Part shown: piece by piece, positions 34,977 through 45,950 of the stretch
Layout of the letters: every line of letters starts with the position of its first letter
Numbering within the stretch: position 1 is the stretch's first letter
NCBI RefSeq assembly: GCF_000315625.1
Contig: NW_005434634.1
Span: 524,191 to 588,190 of the forward strand
Source: Guillardia theta CCMP2712
Lineage: Eukaryota > Protista > Cryptophyta
DNA length: 64,000 nt
Direction: 5' to 3'
Notes under the pieces: model-generated
The model's input: the letters and a program-made list of their open reading frames with translations, nothing else
Told to the model about the DNA's origin: nothing
The model's database searches: none
Made by a program: the position numbers and the translations under genes

Positions 34977-37383
34977 TCAATAGAGGATGGTAACTGATCG
35001 GATGGCGTCAAACCGCTTCAGATCCTTCGGCTCTGCCTTGTGGAAATTTCTTCGCAAATCCACTCGACGAAGAGACTTGGATGAGGCCACTTGAATGAAG
35101 CGCAATGCACCGGCCAAGCTGATGTGTTGACACCTGACTGCATGACACGTCATCAGCTTCCCGCAGTTGTCGGCGATGGCCTCGAGCTCGTTGTCGCCTA
35201 TGTTGGTGTGCGAGACGTTGAGAGTCTCGAGGGACATGCTGAACTCCGAGATGTACTTGAGGCCTCGCGGCGTCAGAGACTCGCACCACGCCAGGTTGAG
35301 CACCTTCAGCCCCCCGCACCGGCGCACTAGCATTCGCAGTCCGATGTCGTCGAGCAGCGAGACGTAGCTCAGGTCCACGTCCTCCAGGCTGGAGCAGTAG
35401 GTTGCGATGGTCTGCACGGTCTTGGAGGAGATGTTAGGCAGCATCATGCACTTGAGACTGATCAGCTGAGGACACTCGGACGCGAGCACCACGAGCGATC
35501 GATCAGTCAGCGTCATGTTGCCACTGAGATCCAAGCTGGAGAGATTTCGAACTCTCCGGATGTTCGAAACTCCTTCATCGCTGATGTTCTCACACCCGGA
35601 CACGTCCAAGGAAGACAAGAGGGCGAGAGAGTCGATGATGGCGGCAAGAACCTCGTCGGTGAGGGCTGAGTTGAGGCTCAGGTCCAGGGTCCGCAGCGAC
35701 TTGGAGAAACTGATGGCTCGGAGTCCTTCTGAGGTGAGCCCGGAGCACTGCGAGACTCCGAGCTGCCAGAGGTTTTGACAAGCGCTGGTGATCAGAATGA
35801 TGGCGTCGTCTTTCAACCATGGGCAGCGATTGAGAATCAAGCTAGTGATCGTGATGTTTCCATGCGCAACGATCGAGAACACTGTCCGGTTCGTCAACTT
35901 TGAACAGCCGGCAAAGTTGATGTACTCAAGGCTGTTTTCACAAGACCGCATGATCCGATTGGCAGACTCATCTTGTATCCTGGATCAAGCATCAGTGATC
36001 TGCACGTTGCAATGGAAGTCCGTTCTTACCGTTCACAGTCTTCAAACTCCACACACCTGAGTTTGCCTGTGATTGTGTTTGCAAGCAGCTCGAATCCATC
36101 CTTGTCAATGTGTTTGCAGCCTGAGAGGTTGACGCTTTGAGTCTCCTCGAGCGGCGACAGTCGCAAGAAGAAGCTCAAGGCAGAAGAGGTGAGGTGCTGA
36201 CAGCCCTTGAGGTTCACGTCGGTCCACGTGATGGGCAGGGAGCAGCACCTCCTCCACGTGCGGCTGACGCACCTCACCGTCTGATAGATGAAAGCAGAGT
36301 GCAACGTAGAGAAGAGAGCTGCCAATCCCAGACAGTCCTGGTCTGACTTGAGCTCTGAGATCCTGCACAGAGGTGTTCGGTTGTCAAACAGTGAGTTGTA
36401 AGTCTCCAGCAGGGTGATAGCTAGTCGTTTGTTGCTCGTGCTGACGGATCTATCCCAGAAGACCTCAGACACTTTCAACGACATACTGTTCTGTGACATG
36501 AGGTATGTCGCTCGAGTCTCCCCGCACAGGGCCAACAAGGCGCTCAGCGACTCATGCAGCATGCTCGCGGAGTGTCTTGCCACAACGAACTCGATCAACT
36601 TCGGAACTGCTCCGTTGCCGATGATTCTAGCGCGTAGCTGAGGGAGACGCAGCAGAGCTTTGCGATCGCTGCCGTACACCCCTCCTTCACCATCAGATAG
36701 GGGCTTGTCTCGAGGTAGTCCACCAGCATGTAGATAATCTTCCCTTCCTGCGCATGCTCTGCGCACTCTCTGTTGGAGATGATCTGTACGAGCGCGCTCA
36801 GCGCCCGTTGCCTGACTGAGTGAGAGACTATGTTGAGCATCCTCAGCAGATGCAAGATGCAAGTTCGCGATTCAGGAATGGCTGGGATAACCGCCAGCAC
36901 GGCTGCGCCTGCCCCTCGGACCTCGAGGTCGTCATCCTGAAGCATTCGCTCTATCTTGAACAGCAGAGCCTTGCATTCTAAAACCTTCTTGCTGTATCCC
37001 AGCTCAACCACTGACACAAGAATGTCGCTGCTAAGTATCCTTGTTGTTGAACACGTCTCTCCCAGCAAGGTCACGAAACGAGTCAGCCCGTTCATGGCTA
37101 TCAGAGCTTGACACACTTGCTTCGCATCGAAGTCGGACGCGGAGGACAGCAGGTCAGCAATATCCTTGAGTGCAGCAGTCCTCTTGCTTCCTCCGAAGGT
37201 GATCAACTCGAACAGTGAGGAAAGAAAGCCTTCAATCTCATCCGCCTTGTTCTCCGCCGCCCGGAGACTCGGCTGCGGGACCAATTGTACGACAGTGTTA
37301 AGATTCCAGTTTCCATGAGACGGGCGGAGAGGATGAGGAGTAGGTCTCCCGATAGACGAGCTCGCCGTCCTCCTCTTGTTCAT
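34977..37383 (-). CDS. ARM-repeat + F-box + cysteine-containing LRR protein (FBXL-like)
   Basis: ARM-like helices, F-box-like 'VRCVSRTWRRCCSLPITWTDVNL', and more than 10 LRR_CC repeats ('LDVSGCENISDEGV'). Frame change near 36640. Confidence 0.85.
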
Positions 37384-38178
37384 CCCTACCTTCTCCCGGC
37401 CTTGTTCACCTCGTCCTCCCGAGTCCCGGAGTCCTTTCCCTTCAATGTGCCAGTTCTAGTATCTCGTCCCCGGAGTCCTTTCCCTTGTTCACCTCGTCCT
37501 CTTCCTCTTCAATCCAGGGCCTCCTCCTCCACTGCCCCTCTTCACCTTCTCCTCTTCCTCTTCATCTCCCGGCCCTCCTGCCATGTCGGCGCTCACAGTC
37601 AGTCACGGCGCGGGTCTGGCGATGAGTTCGGTTCACGGTTACTGACTCAGCCGGCCCTCTTCCCCGCTCTGTCCTCCGTAGGAACGTACCTGTACAGGTA
37701 CCTGTACCCCACCCAACTTCTTGTTGCACCCCAACTTAAGAGGCCCCTACCCCATGCTTAATCTGAATTGTCTCGATTGAAGGTGGGGGTACTTATGGTA
37801 TGTTAGATAACCCCCACCCCTCAAAGCGGGAGGCCGCATCGGTGTGAGGGATAAAAGAATGAACAGGGGGAGCAGCAGAGGAAGGCAAGTAGCGCAGAGA
37901 AGAGGAGAATAGCACAAGATAGGTAGGAGAGGAGAGTAGGAGGGGAGAGGAGAGTAGATCGAAGATGAGGGCCAGGGTAAGTGTAGCTCAAACAACATGG
38001 AAACAAGGGAGTAGGGAACAGGTATGACCTAGTGGCTGTGACCTCAGGAAAGGAACGATTGGATTTTCCCTTATGACATGAATGTCGAATGCGGAGAGGC
38101 TGAATTGAAACCAGAGCGATGTGTTGATCTTTCCCCGTCGTCTTACCTCTTGGCTTGTTGCAGGGAGGTTTCACCACT

Positions 38179-40411
38179 ATGCCGCACTTCTTTGGGGCAC
38201 GAGTAGATGGTGTAATCATGACTGGACTGAGGGCAGGACGGCAGGGGCTCATTCACTTGTCGCAAGCTCAAGGATGCATCAGCAGGAAACTCTCCACGTC
38301 CAAGGGCAGCGATCTCAATGCGATGGGAAGGACAAGCAGCATGGACCTGCTGAATCCCATTCCAGTGAAATCAAGAGGCAAGCAGGTCACAACATCTGAG
38401 CAGAGGAAAGACTTTCTCCGTGAGGACATTCCCTCGGTGAAGCGAGTCGTCATCAAAGTGGGCACCTCTGTTCTCACGCGGGACAATGAGTTTGGAGTGT
38501 CTTTGACTCGTCTCGCAAGCCTGGTCGAGCAGGTCAGCGCGCTAGTTCACTCGGGGAAGGAAGTAATCATCGTGACCTCTGGAGCTGTTGGCTTCGGCAA
38601 GATGAGGCTTCAAGTTCAGAACGTGCTGTCTCAGACCGTGAGGAACACTCTCTCCTGGGGAGCAAACGCTTCCCCTCCCTCGTTGGACTCTCGAGCCTGT
38701 GCTGCCGCCGGGCAGTCAGGGTTGATGACCCTTTATGACGCCATGTTTTCCCAGTATGGAGTGTCGATCGCGCAGCTTCTCGTGACGATGTCAGATTTTC
38801 AGGTCGATGCTCATCGCGCAAATATGTGCGAGACGATCAAGGAGCTGATCAAGCTGGGAATCGTCCCAGTCTGCAACGAGAACGACGTCTTCTACAGCAA
38901 CACGGAGTCACGGGAGTTCATTATGAGCCATCAGAACACGACCATAACATCGTTCAATCCGAATTTCAAACAAAACATTGACAACGGTATCGACGACGGT
39001 GTTGACCGAGGGGACAAAGTCGTACGTCTTACCGCCAACGACTCGCTGTCTGCTCTTCTTGCCGTGGAGCTCGACGCCCAGCTGATGATCGTGCTGAGCA
39101 ATGTGGATGGGCTATACACAGCTCCTCCAGGTCGCCTGTCGTCCATGGGAGCCACTCCAAAATTATTGCACACGTTCAACCCCGACGATCCTCAAATGGA
39201 GCGACTGGAGTATGGCCGGGACCGGCGAGTCGGACGAGGAGGCATGGCGGCTAAGGTGGACGCGTCAAAGTTTGCGCTGAACCATGGAGTACACTGCATC
39301 CTTGCCAATGGTCATCAGCATGACGTCATCTCCAAGATATTCGAGGGCAGGACCATCGGCACCTTGTTCACCCGCGCGGCTGGACGCGACTCGACGCCCT
39401 ATGTCAAGGGAACGGAGGCGAGGAGCGCTTCTCGGGAGATGGCAAAGTTGCCTTCCAGTGTCAGGAAGAAGGTCCTTGAGCAGATCGTCAAGGATATCAC
39501 GAGGAAGGAAGACGTCATCCTCGCAGCAAACAACGAGGATCTGCAAGAGGCGCTGAGAGCCATCAAGTCCGAGGGCGCCGTCGGTTCAGACCACCGACCT
39601 GACCAGCTCCCTCTCTCCCTGTCAAAACGCAAGTTAAGGTCGCTTGTCCAGAAGATCGACCAGATGACGGCGACGGCTGGCAATGTCGTGGGTCGGAATG
39701 TGAAGTGGTGTAAGGTGACGGACGGGCTCTATCTTGAGCAAGAGACTGTTCCCATTGGAGTGGCTCTGTGCGTGTTCGACAAGGCTTGTCCTGACGTCGT
39801 TCCCCTCCTGGCAAGTCTCTGCATTGCCTCCGGCAACGCTGTCATCTTCAAGTCCTCGCGCGAAAGCTTCCACACTACTCAGATCTTCCACTCGATCATC
39901 ATCTCTGCGCTGAAAGCAAACAATATCTCCGAGAACGCGGTCATCAACCTGGAAGGACGAGACAACCTCGAGGACTTCTTGGTTCTGCAGGATCAGATCG
40001 ACATGGTGATCCCGCGAGGATGCAAGCAGCTCATAGAGTATGTCAACACGCGCACCAAGATTCCCGTCCTCGGAGACACTGAGGGCCTCTGTCACGTGTA
40101 CGTTCACAACGACGCAAATCTGGAGGTTGCAGCTCGAGTGCTGGTGGACTCCAAGTGTGAAGCAAGTTATGCTGGGAGGTATGGAGTGGAAACCATCCTC
40201 GTGCACTCCCATTGGATCGAGACTGGCAAGTTCGAGGAGCTGTTGGAGCCCCTCACCAGCAAAGGAGTCGCTCTCTTCGCCGGCCCTCGCCTCCGCGCTC
40301 AGTTCAAGTCTCAGTCTGCCAAGATGCCTCCTGCATGGTCTTTGAGATGCGAGTATGGATCAAGCGGGTGCGCTGTTGAGGTTGTTGACAGCCTCGAGGA
40401 AGCGATCCAGG

Positions 40412-40449
<38 letters not shown>

Positions 40450-41054
40450 ATTTTGACTTGAATGTGTTGCTAGCATGTCAACGATTACGGAAGCCATCAC
40501 ACGGATGTCATCGTTTGCGAGAGCGGTTGATTCCTCCTCCTCATCCTCCTCCTTCTCTCCTCCTCCTCCTTCTCTCCTCCTTCCCTCTCCCTCCGCTCCT
40601 CTCCCTCCAGTCATGAGTTCTTTGTCAGAAATGGACTCGCGCAAGTTCTCGAGGGAAGTCGATAGCGCCTGTGTCTTCCAGAACTGCAGCACGCGATTCT
40701 CAGAGGGATACAGGTCGAGCCTCATCCTCTTCCTTCTGGCCCTCACCTCTTGTTGTAGCTTTGGGCTTGGAACTGAGGTGGGAGTGACGACCAAGCGAGT
40801 GCCCATGCGAGGGCCGATCGGGATTGAGGGGTTGATGACTTCCAAGTACATCTTGAGGGGCAAGGTAGAATAGAAGAGCTCCTTTCTCTCAAGGCTGATC
40901 CTGTTGCTTCAGGGGCATGCAGTCGCGGACATCGCAGACGGAAAGTCAAAATGGTGAGTGTGGGAGTAGGGAAGAGGGGAGGAGGAGAATCTGATTGTGA
41001 CTCAGGGTCCACGAGAAGAAATGTGTCACTTGCGGTTTGCAAGTGCGCGACTAA
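38179..41054 (+). CDS. P5CS: Delta-1-pyrroline-5-carboxylate synthase-like (glutamate 5-kinase + degenerate glutamyl-phosphate reductase)
   Basis: '[10 protein letters not shown]', '[10 protein letters not shown]', 'GRGGMAAKV', 'DMVIPRG', 'FGLGTEVGV' and '[18 protein letters not shown]'. Last exons read 'GHAVADI...WVHEK'. Confidence 0.9.
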
Positions 41055-41108
41055 GCGATGGATTAAGATGTAAGAAGCTCTTAAAGTTCTCACACACTTT
41101 CTGAGCCC

Positions 41109-41210
41109 CAACACCTGGAGTGATGGTAGTCAGTGCCCCCCTCCCTCAACACCTGGACGGTGATGGTAGTCACACGGTGCCCCCCCTCCCTCAACACCTG
41201 GATGGTGATG
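41109..41210. repeat. ~40-44-bp imperfect tandem repeat x2.5
   Basis: Repeated unit caacacctgga..gtgatggtagtca..gtgcccccctccct. Confidence 0.85.
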
Positions 41211-41391
41211 GCTGTCTGCTGCCGCTCGTCGCCATTACGAGTAAAACAAGACTCAAGACTGGGGAAGGGGAGGGAGGGGGGGCACTGACTACAGGAAGAA
41301 CCTGAATGAGAAGAACTGTCAGCTATCTGAGGCGAACTTGCTATTGAATTTGACTAAAACATATTCCGGTCGGTGACAAGACGGTGGCAGG

Positions 41392-43482
41392 ATGAAGCCT
41401 CACCTGATGGTGCTCTGGTGGGTGGGGCTGGTGCTGCTGACCTCGCTCATCCTCCTCCTCCTCCTTCAGCTCAGAAGGAGCAGGCAGCATACAGCTGTCA
41501 GTGACAGGGAGGAGAGACGAAACCGACAAAAGATGTTGAAGAAAGCAAAGTCAAACCCTGCCGCAGTCACTCCGGCACAAGCTCATGCTGAAGCAGAGAA
41601 GGTAGAGGTGGTCCCAAGGAAAGTTAGGAGAAGAAACCTGGAGGAGAGAGCAAAGGAGGCAGCGAAGCAGAATCCTGATCTCCCGGTATTCGAGGGGAAG
41701 GCAGAGGATCCGAGGCTGTCGAAGCCAACCAACAAGGTACAGCAGGCAGACGAATTTCTCCAGCAGGTGCGCAGGCTGCCGCCAACTGCAAGGAAGGAGC
41801 TGGAGGCATCAGCGAATGTGAGCAAAGCCTGGTGGGGAAACCCCTTGCAAGTCTCCGATGAGAACACAACGAGAATCGAGATGAAGGTGAAGGGCAGAGG
41901 GGACGGCTGTTCGCACCTCCTCTCCCTGGTGTTGACCATCCCGCCTCGGTATCCTGCTCAGCCTCCACATGCAGAGCTCTCCTCCTCTGAGGTATCGGAA
42001 GCAGCCCTCGCCCACTTGAAGGCATGGTTGACGTCGCGAATGAGGCAGTGGGAAGGCAGCGCCATGCTGACAAGAATCTTCGACTTGCTCGAGAGCGACG
42101 CAGCTCGGGTTGCGCACGAGTTCGACGTCACGAGCTGGAGCGCAGCAGAGCAGGAGAGTCTTGAGGCTGCACTGCGAGCCGCTCCTGCTTCCATGGACGC
42201 CAACGAAAGGTGGGAGGAGATCGCGCGGCTTGTGCCCGGGAAGAGCAGGCAGCAGTGCGTCGCACGCTTCAAGTTTGTGCGAGAGAGGCTGAACAAGCAG
42301 ACCGTCGAGCCTCTGGCTGATGAATGGTTGGATGAACAGGCTGATGGTAATGAGCATGCTGGAAGAACCCGCCACGCGCGCGATGACCTGATGAACTTGG
42401 GCTTCATGGAAGAGGAGCTCGTCGAGGAGGAGGAGGAGGAGGACACTGACTCTGGAAGTGAAGATGGAGAGGAGGAGTCTGATCTTGATGATGACGAAGA
42501 AGATGAGGATGGAGCGAAAATCTTCATAGGGGAGGGAGAGGAAGGAGCAGCAGGCAGGCATCAAGGCACTCAGATCAGGATCGATCAAGCGCTCTTCCTC
42601 GGAACCTCTGTGGCTCAGATTTCTCAAGTTCGTCTCCTTCTCGCCTGCGAGAGATGTGGGACGCAAGTCGAAGCTTCCTGCGGGCGGCAGAGGGCATGGC
42701 AGAGGAGCTGCTCCAAGTGCAAGAGGGAGCTGACCGCTGGTTTCCGCCCCGACATTCTGCATCCCTCGAACTCGAGCGGAGGGTATCTCGACCTCACAGC
42801 ATGTCTCGTGCAGCAGCTTCTTCCCATCGACCTCTGGCTTGCTTGCAGTGCTTGTGGCATGGAGTCTGCCGTCAGGAACGTTCGCTCCTCCACCCGAGCT
42901 TCCGTCTCCTGCTGCGGCTGCTTCGCGCAGATGTGCTTCGGCTTCGGGGGCAGCAGGCTCATCACCGTCTCCTCCACCTCCAGCGTACCTGGAGGAGGAG
43001 GAGGGGAGGGCGGGGACGGGAGGAAGAAGCTCAAAGCTGTGCCGAGGAAGAAGGAGGAGGGGCTGGTGGTGGGAACTCCGCTGCCCAACAAGGGCGCGTG
43101 CTCGCACTTCCGGCTGTCGCGGCGATGGCTCTGCTTTCCCTGCTGCGGTCGCGCGTTTCCCTGTCCTGTCTGCCACGACGAGGCTGTCAAGGGCGAGCAC
43201 GAGACGATGTGGGCAAGCAGGATGATCTGCGGTAGCTGCAGCCGCGAGCAGCCAGTCCACAACAAGCAGTGCGAGTGCGGAGCGAAGCCGTGCGGAGGGA
43301 CGGCGAGGAACTGGCAGGGAGGGGCGGGCCTGCGAGACAGGAGCAAGCTGGACAAGAAGGACAAGCGACACACAGACGCCCGATGGAGCGAGAAGAAGAC
43401 GACGAGCAAGAAGAAGGAGCGGGTGGGAGAAGCCGCGAAGAAGAAGAGGGAAGAACGAAAGGAGGGGAAAGCGAAGGCTTGA
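41392..43482 (+). CDS. Membrane-anchored RWD + SANT/Myb + Cys-rich + CHY zinc-finger protein (intronless)
   Basis: N-terminal TM, RWD 'IPPRYPAQPP', SANT 'WSAAEQESLEAAL...RWEEIARLVPGKSRQQCVARF', and CHY 'CSHFRLSRRWLCFPCCGRAFPCPVCHD'. Confidence 0.85.
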   Translation: MKPHLMVLWWVGLVLLTSLILLLLLQLRRSRQHTAVSDREERRNRQKMLKKAKSNPAAVTPAQAHAEAEKVEVVPRKVRRRNLEERAKEAAKQNPDLPVFEGKAEDPRLSKPTNKVQQADEFLQQVRRLPPTARKELEASANVSKAWWGNPLQVSDENTTRIEMKVKGRGDGCSHLLSLVLTIPPRYPAQPPHAELSSSEVSEAALAHLKAWLTSRMRQWEGSAMLTRIFDLLESDAARVAHEFDVTSWSAAEQESLEAALRAAPASMDANERWEEIARLVPGKSRQQCVARFKFVRERLNKQTVEPLADEWLDEQADGNEHAGRTRHARDDLMNLGFMEEELVEEEEEEDTDSGSEDGEEESDLDDDEEDEDGAKIFIGEGEEGAAGRHQGTQIRIDQALFLGTSVAQISQVRLLLACERCGTQVEASCGRQRAWQRSCSKCKRELTAGFRPDILHPSNSSGGYLDLTACLVQQLLPIDLWLACSACGMESAVRNVRSSTRASVSCCGCFAQMCFGFGGSRLITVSSTSSVPGGGGGEGGDGRKKLKAVPRKKEEGLVVGTPLPNKGACSHFRLSRRWLCFPCCGRAFPCPVCHDEAVKGEHETMWASRMICGSCSREQPVHNKQCECGAKPCGGTARNWQGGAGLRDRSKLDKKDKRHTDARWSEKKTTSKKKERVGEAAKKKREERKEGKAKA

Positions 43483-43537
43483 AGGGAGGAGGGAGGAGAC
43501 AGCTTGTCTTGGTTCATCTTCACCCATATCTCGTCCT

Positions 43538-45950
43538 TTACATCCTTCCCTGCTCGTCTATTTTGCCCTCCTCTTCTCCTCTCCTTCGCTTCTGCTCTGC
43601 CATCTCCGTTTCAACTCCACCAGCCTCCTCATCGCCGTCAGCTCTTTCCCCAGGTCCTCTGACGCCGACGTGAAGTTGGCGCTCAGCGCAAACCTGCACG
43701 CAAGTCAGTCCAGCTGACCCACAACAGCTTCTCTCGTACATCTCCCGACGGAGACCTGCTGGGAGGCTGCCGTAGAGCTTCTCGGGGTCACAGGAGGCGA
43801 CCAGGAGCGAGAGGAGGAGCGCGCTCGTGCGCGAGGCCCTCCAGCTGCCGATGCCATGCCGCACAAGCTCGTCCTGCTCACTAGATCATTTCCACCACCA
43901 CCACCTCCTCCTTCCCCTCCCCCCTCTTGCTCCTCTCCTGCTGTTGTCTCATCACCTGTAGGATAAACTCTACCCGAGTGTAGAGGGTAGTAACCCGGGC
44001 AGTGTCCAGCACCTGAAGGAGGGTGAGGCCTGAGGCAGTAGTAGCTCCTGCTCCTGCTCCTGCTCCTGCTCCTCCATAATCCTTCCTACCCACCATCTTC
44101 TGCTCTATCCTTCTCCTCAGCTCTTCCTCACCTGCCACAGAGTCTCTCGGTGGAGGGGAAGGAGCCCTTCCCCGTGCGCCACGATCCTCTCGTAGCGATG
44201 GAGGTGCTGAACGAGATGCCCCCGAGACCTGAGGAGGAGGATGAGGAGAGGAACGAAGCTGACAGGAGCTGGTACATCGCAGCAGCGATCAGAGCTGCTA
44301 AGACGCCTCCTGGGTCCCTCGCGTGCTGGATGACTGGCGGAGCCATGCTCTGACACGAGCATCAGAGGGGCGAGATGCAGGGAGAGAAAGAAGACGAAGA
44401 AGAAGAAGAAGAAGATGATGATGATGAAGACGTGCAAGAAGAAGTAGAAGAAGAAGAAGTAGTAGAAGATGCAGGATGAGGAGGAGGAGGAGGAGGAGGA
44501 GAAGGAGAAGGAGAAGGAGGAGGAGTAGATGATGATGATGATGAGGAGGAGGAGGAGGGTGACGATGAAAACAACGAGGAAGAGACAGCGGCCTACCTCG
44601 AGCGCAAGGATAAAGTCCTGCATAGGGAGCAGGTTTCCTCCTAAATCTCTAACACAGAAGAAGCTCAGCAAGCCCGTCTGCTGCTCTTCTGCTGCTCTCC
44701 TGCTCCCATCAAGCCGCATGAGATTGAAGCAGGGTAAGGAGGAGGGAGGAGGAGGAGGGGAAGGTGGTGGTGGAGGAGAGGGAGGAGGAGAGGGTGGAGG
44801 AGAGGGTGGAGGAGGAGGGGAGGAGGAGAAGGAGGAGGAGAAGGAGGAGGAGAAGGAGGAGGAAGATGAGATGGAGATGTTCTCACTTGACCGTGATGAA
44901 ACCTCTCTGTTGCCCTGAAGTTGCCCGGTGAAGAGGAGGAGAGATGCTTCTCCACAACTCCTTGAGCGACATCCAGTACACCCTCTCTCCTCCTCCTCCC
45001 TTCCCGACCTCAAGCACCAACGTAATGTCGCGAGCAGCCGAGTAGGCGCAGAGACACGCGAAGGAGGAGGAGGCGGACTGATCGTCCTCGTGGCACATCA
45101 GGGCAATGACACCGACAGGCGCCTCCTCCTCCTCCTCTCTCACGACTCCACGCTCATCGATGTCGGGCGTCGAGCCAAACACAGAGGAGCGAAGGACTTG
45201 GCGAAGCTCCTCCTCCTCCGACTCCTCCGCAAGGTGCACGCGGACTGACGCTCCTGCTACCTCGCCGAGGTCAGCGAGAAGCTGCAGGCTAGCATCGCTC
45301 TCTGCTTGAGGAGGGAGGAGGAGGCGGAGGGAGGAGGCGGAGTGCCGCTGCCACGGCCCCTTCCACAACCTTCCGCCTTCTAGCTGCACAGCATTGAGAA
45401 CGAGAGCAAGAGCTGCGAGGTGGCGGAGGTGAGGAGCAGGAGAAGGAGAAGCAATCTCCAGCACTCTCAGCGTCATCGCTTCCCCCCGCGGGCCAGACGT
45501 CTTGAGGATTTTCCTTCCTGTCACAGGCTCACTGCAAGCAACTTCCTTTCTCCTCCCTCCACTCCCTCCTCACCCGCTGCCTCCCTCCCCCTCCCTCCCT
45601 TCGCCCGTCTCCTCTCTCCTCTCAATCATCACCTTCTTCCGTACTGAGGCCAACGAGGTGGGAGGGGAGGGGCAGGCGATACATGGCGAGCAAGCTCGGT
45701 TCTGCTTCCTCGTCGTCTCTTCGCCAACTGCCGGCGGGAGGAGACGAGCATCGCGTGCTCTGCTCGAACTTCTGCCGCTCCTGCAGCTGCTCCAGCAGGT
45801 CCTGAATCTTCTCCGCCTGCTCCTTCAGCTCCATCCTCCTCTCTGCCGCGTACTTCTCGAACTTCGCCCTCTGCACCCGCAGATCTCCGAGCTTTCCCTC
45901 CCCGAGCTGCTCTTCTTTCTCCCTCTTGAGCTCTGCCAGCCTGTTGACAA
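43538..45950 (-). CDS. Exons of an uncharacterised protein, probably the continuation of the WD40 gene
   Basis: Protein-like segments between microsatellite-rich GT-AG introns. Structure is uncertain. Confidence 0.4.

Noticed and set aside
41109-41210. Repeat resembling a mini CRISPR array
   Set aside because: The units are tandem with no unique spacers, there are no cas genes, and the context is eukaryotic.
41809-43527. 572-aa antisense ORF (and similar ones opposite TypA, kinesin, P5CS and WD40)
   Set aside because: These are shadows of GC-rich sense genes with no recognisable motifs.
44117-45013. 298-aa poly-S/P/F ORF
   Set aside because: Mostly microsatellite-filled introns, with only short internal exons plausible.
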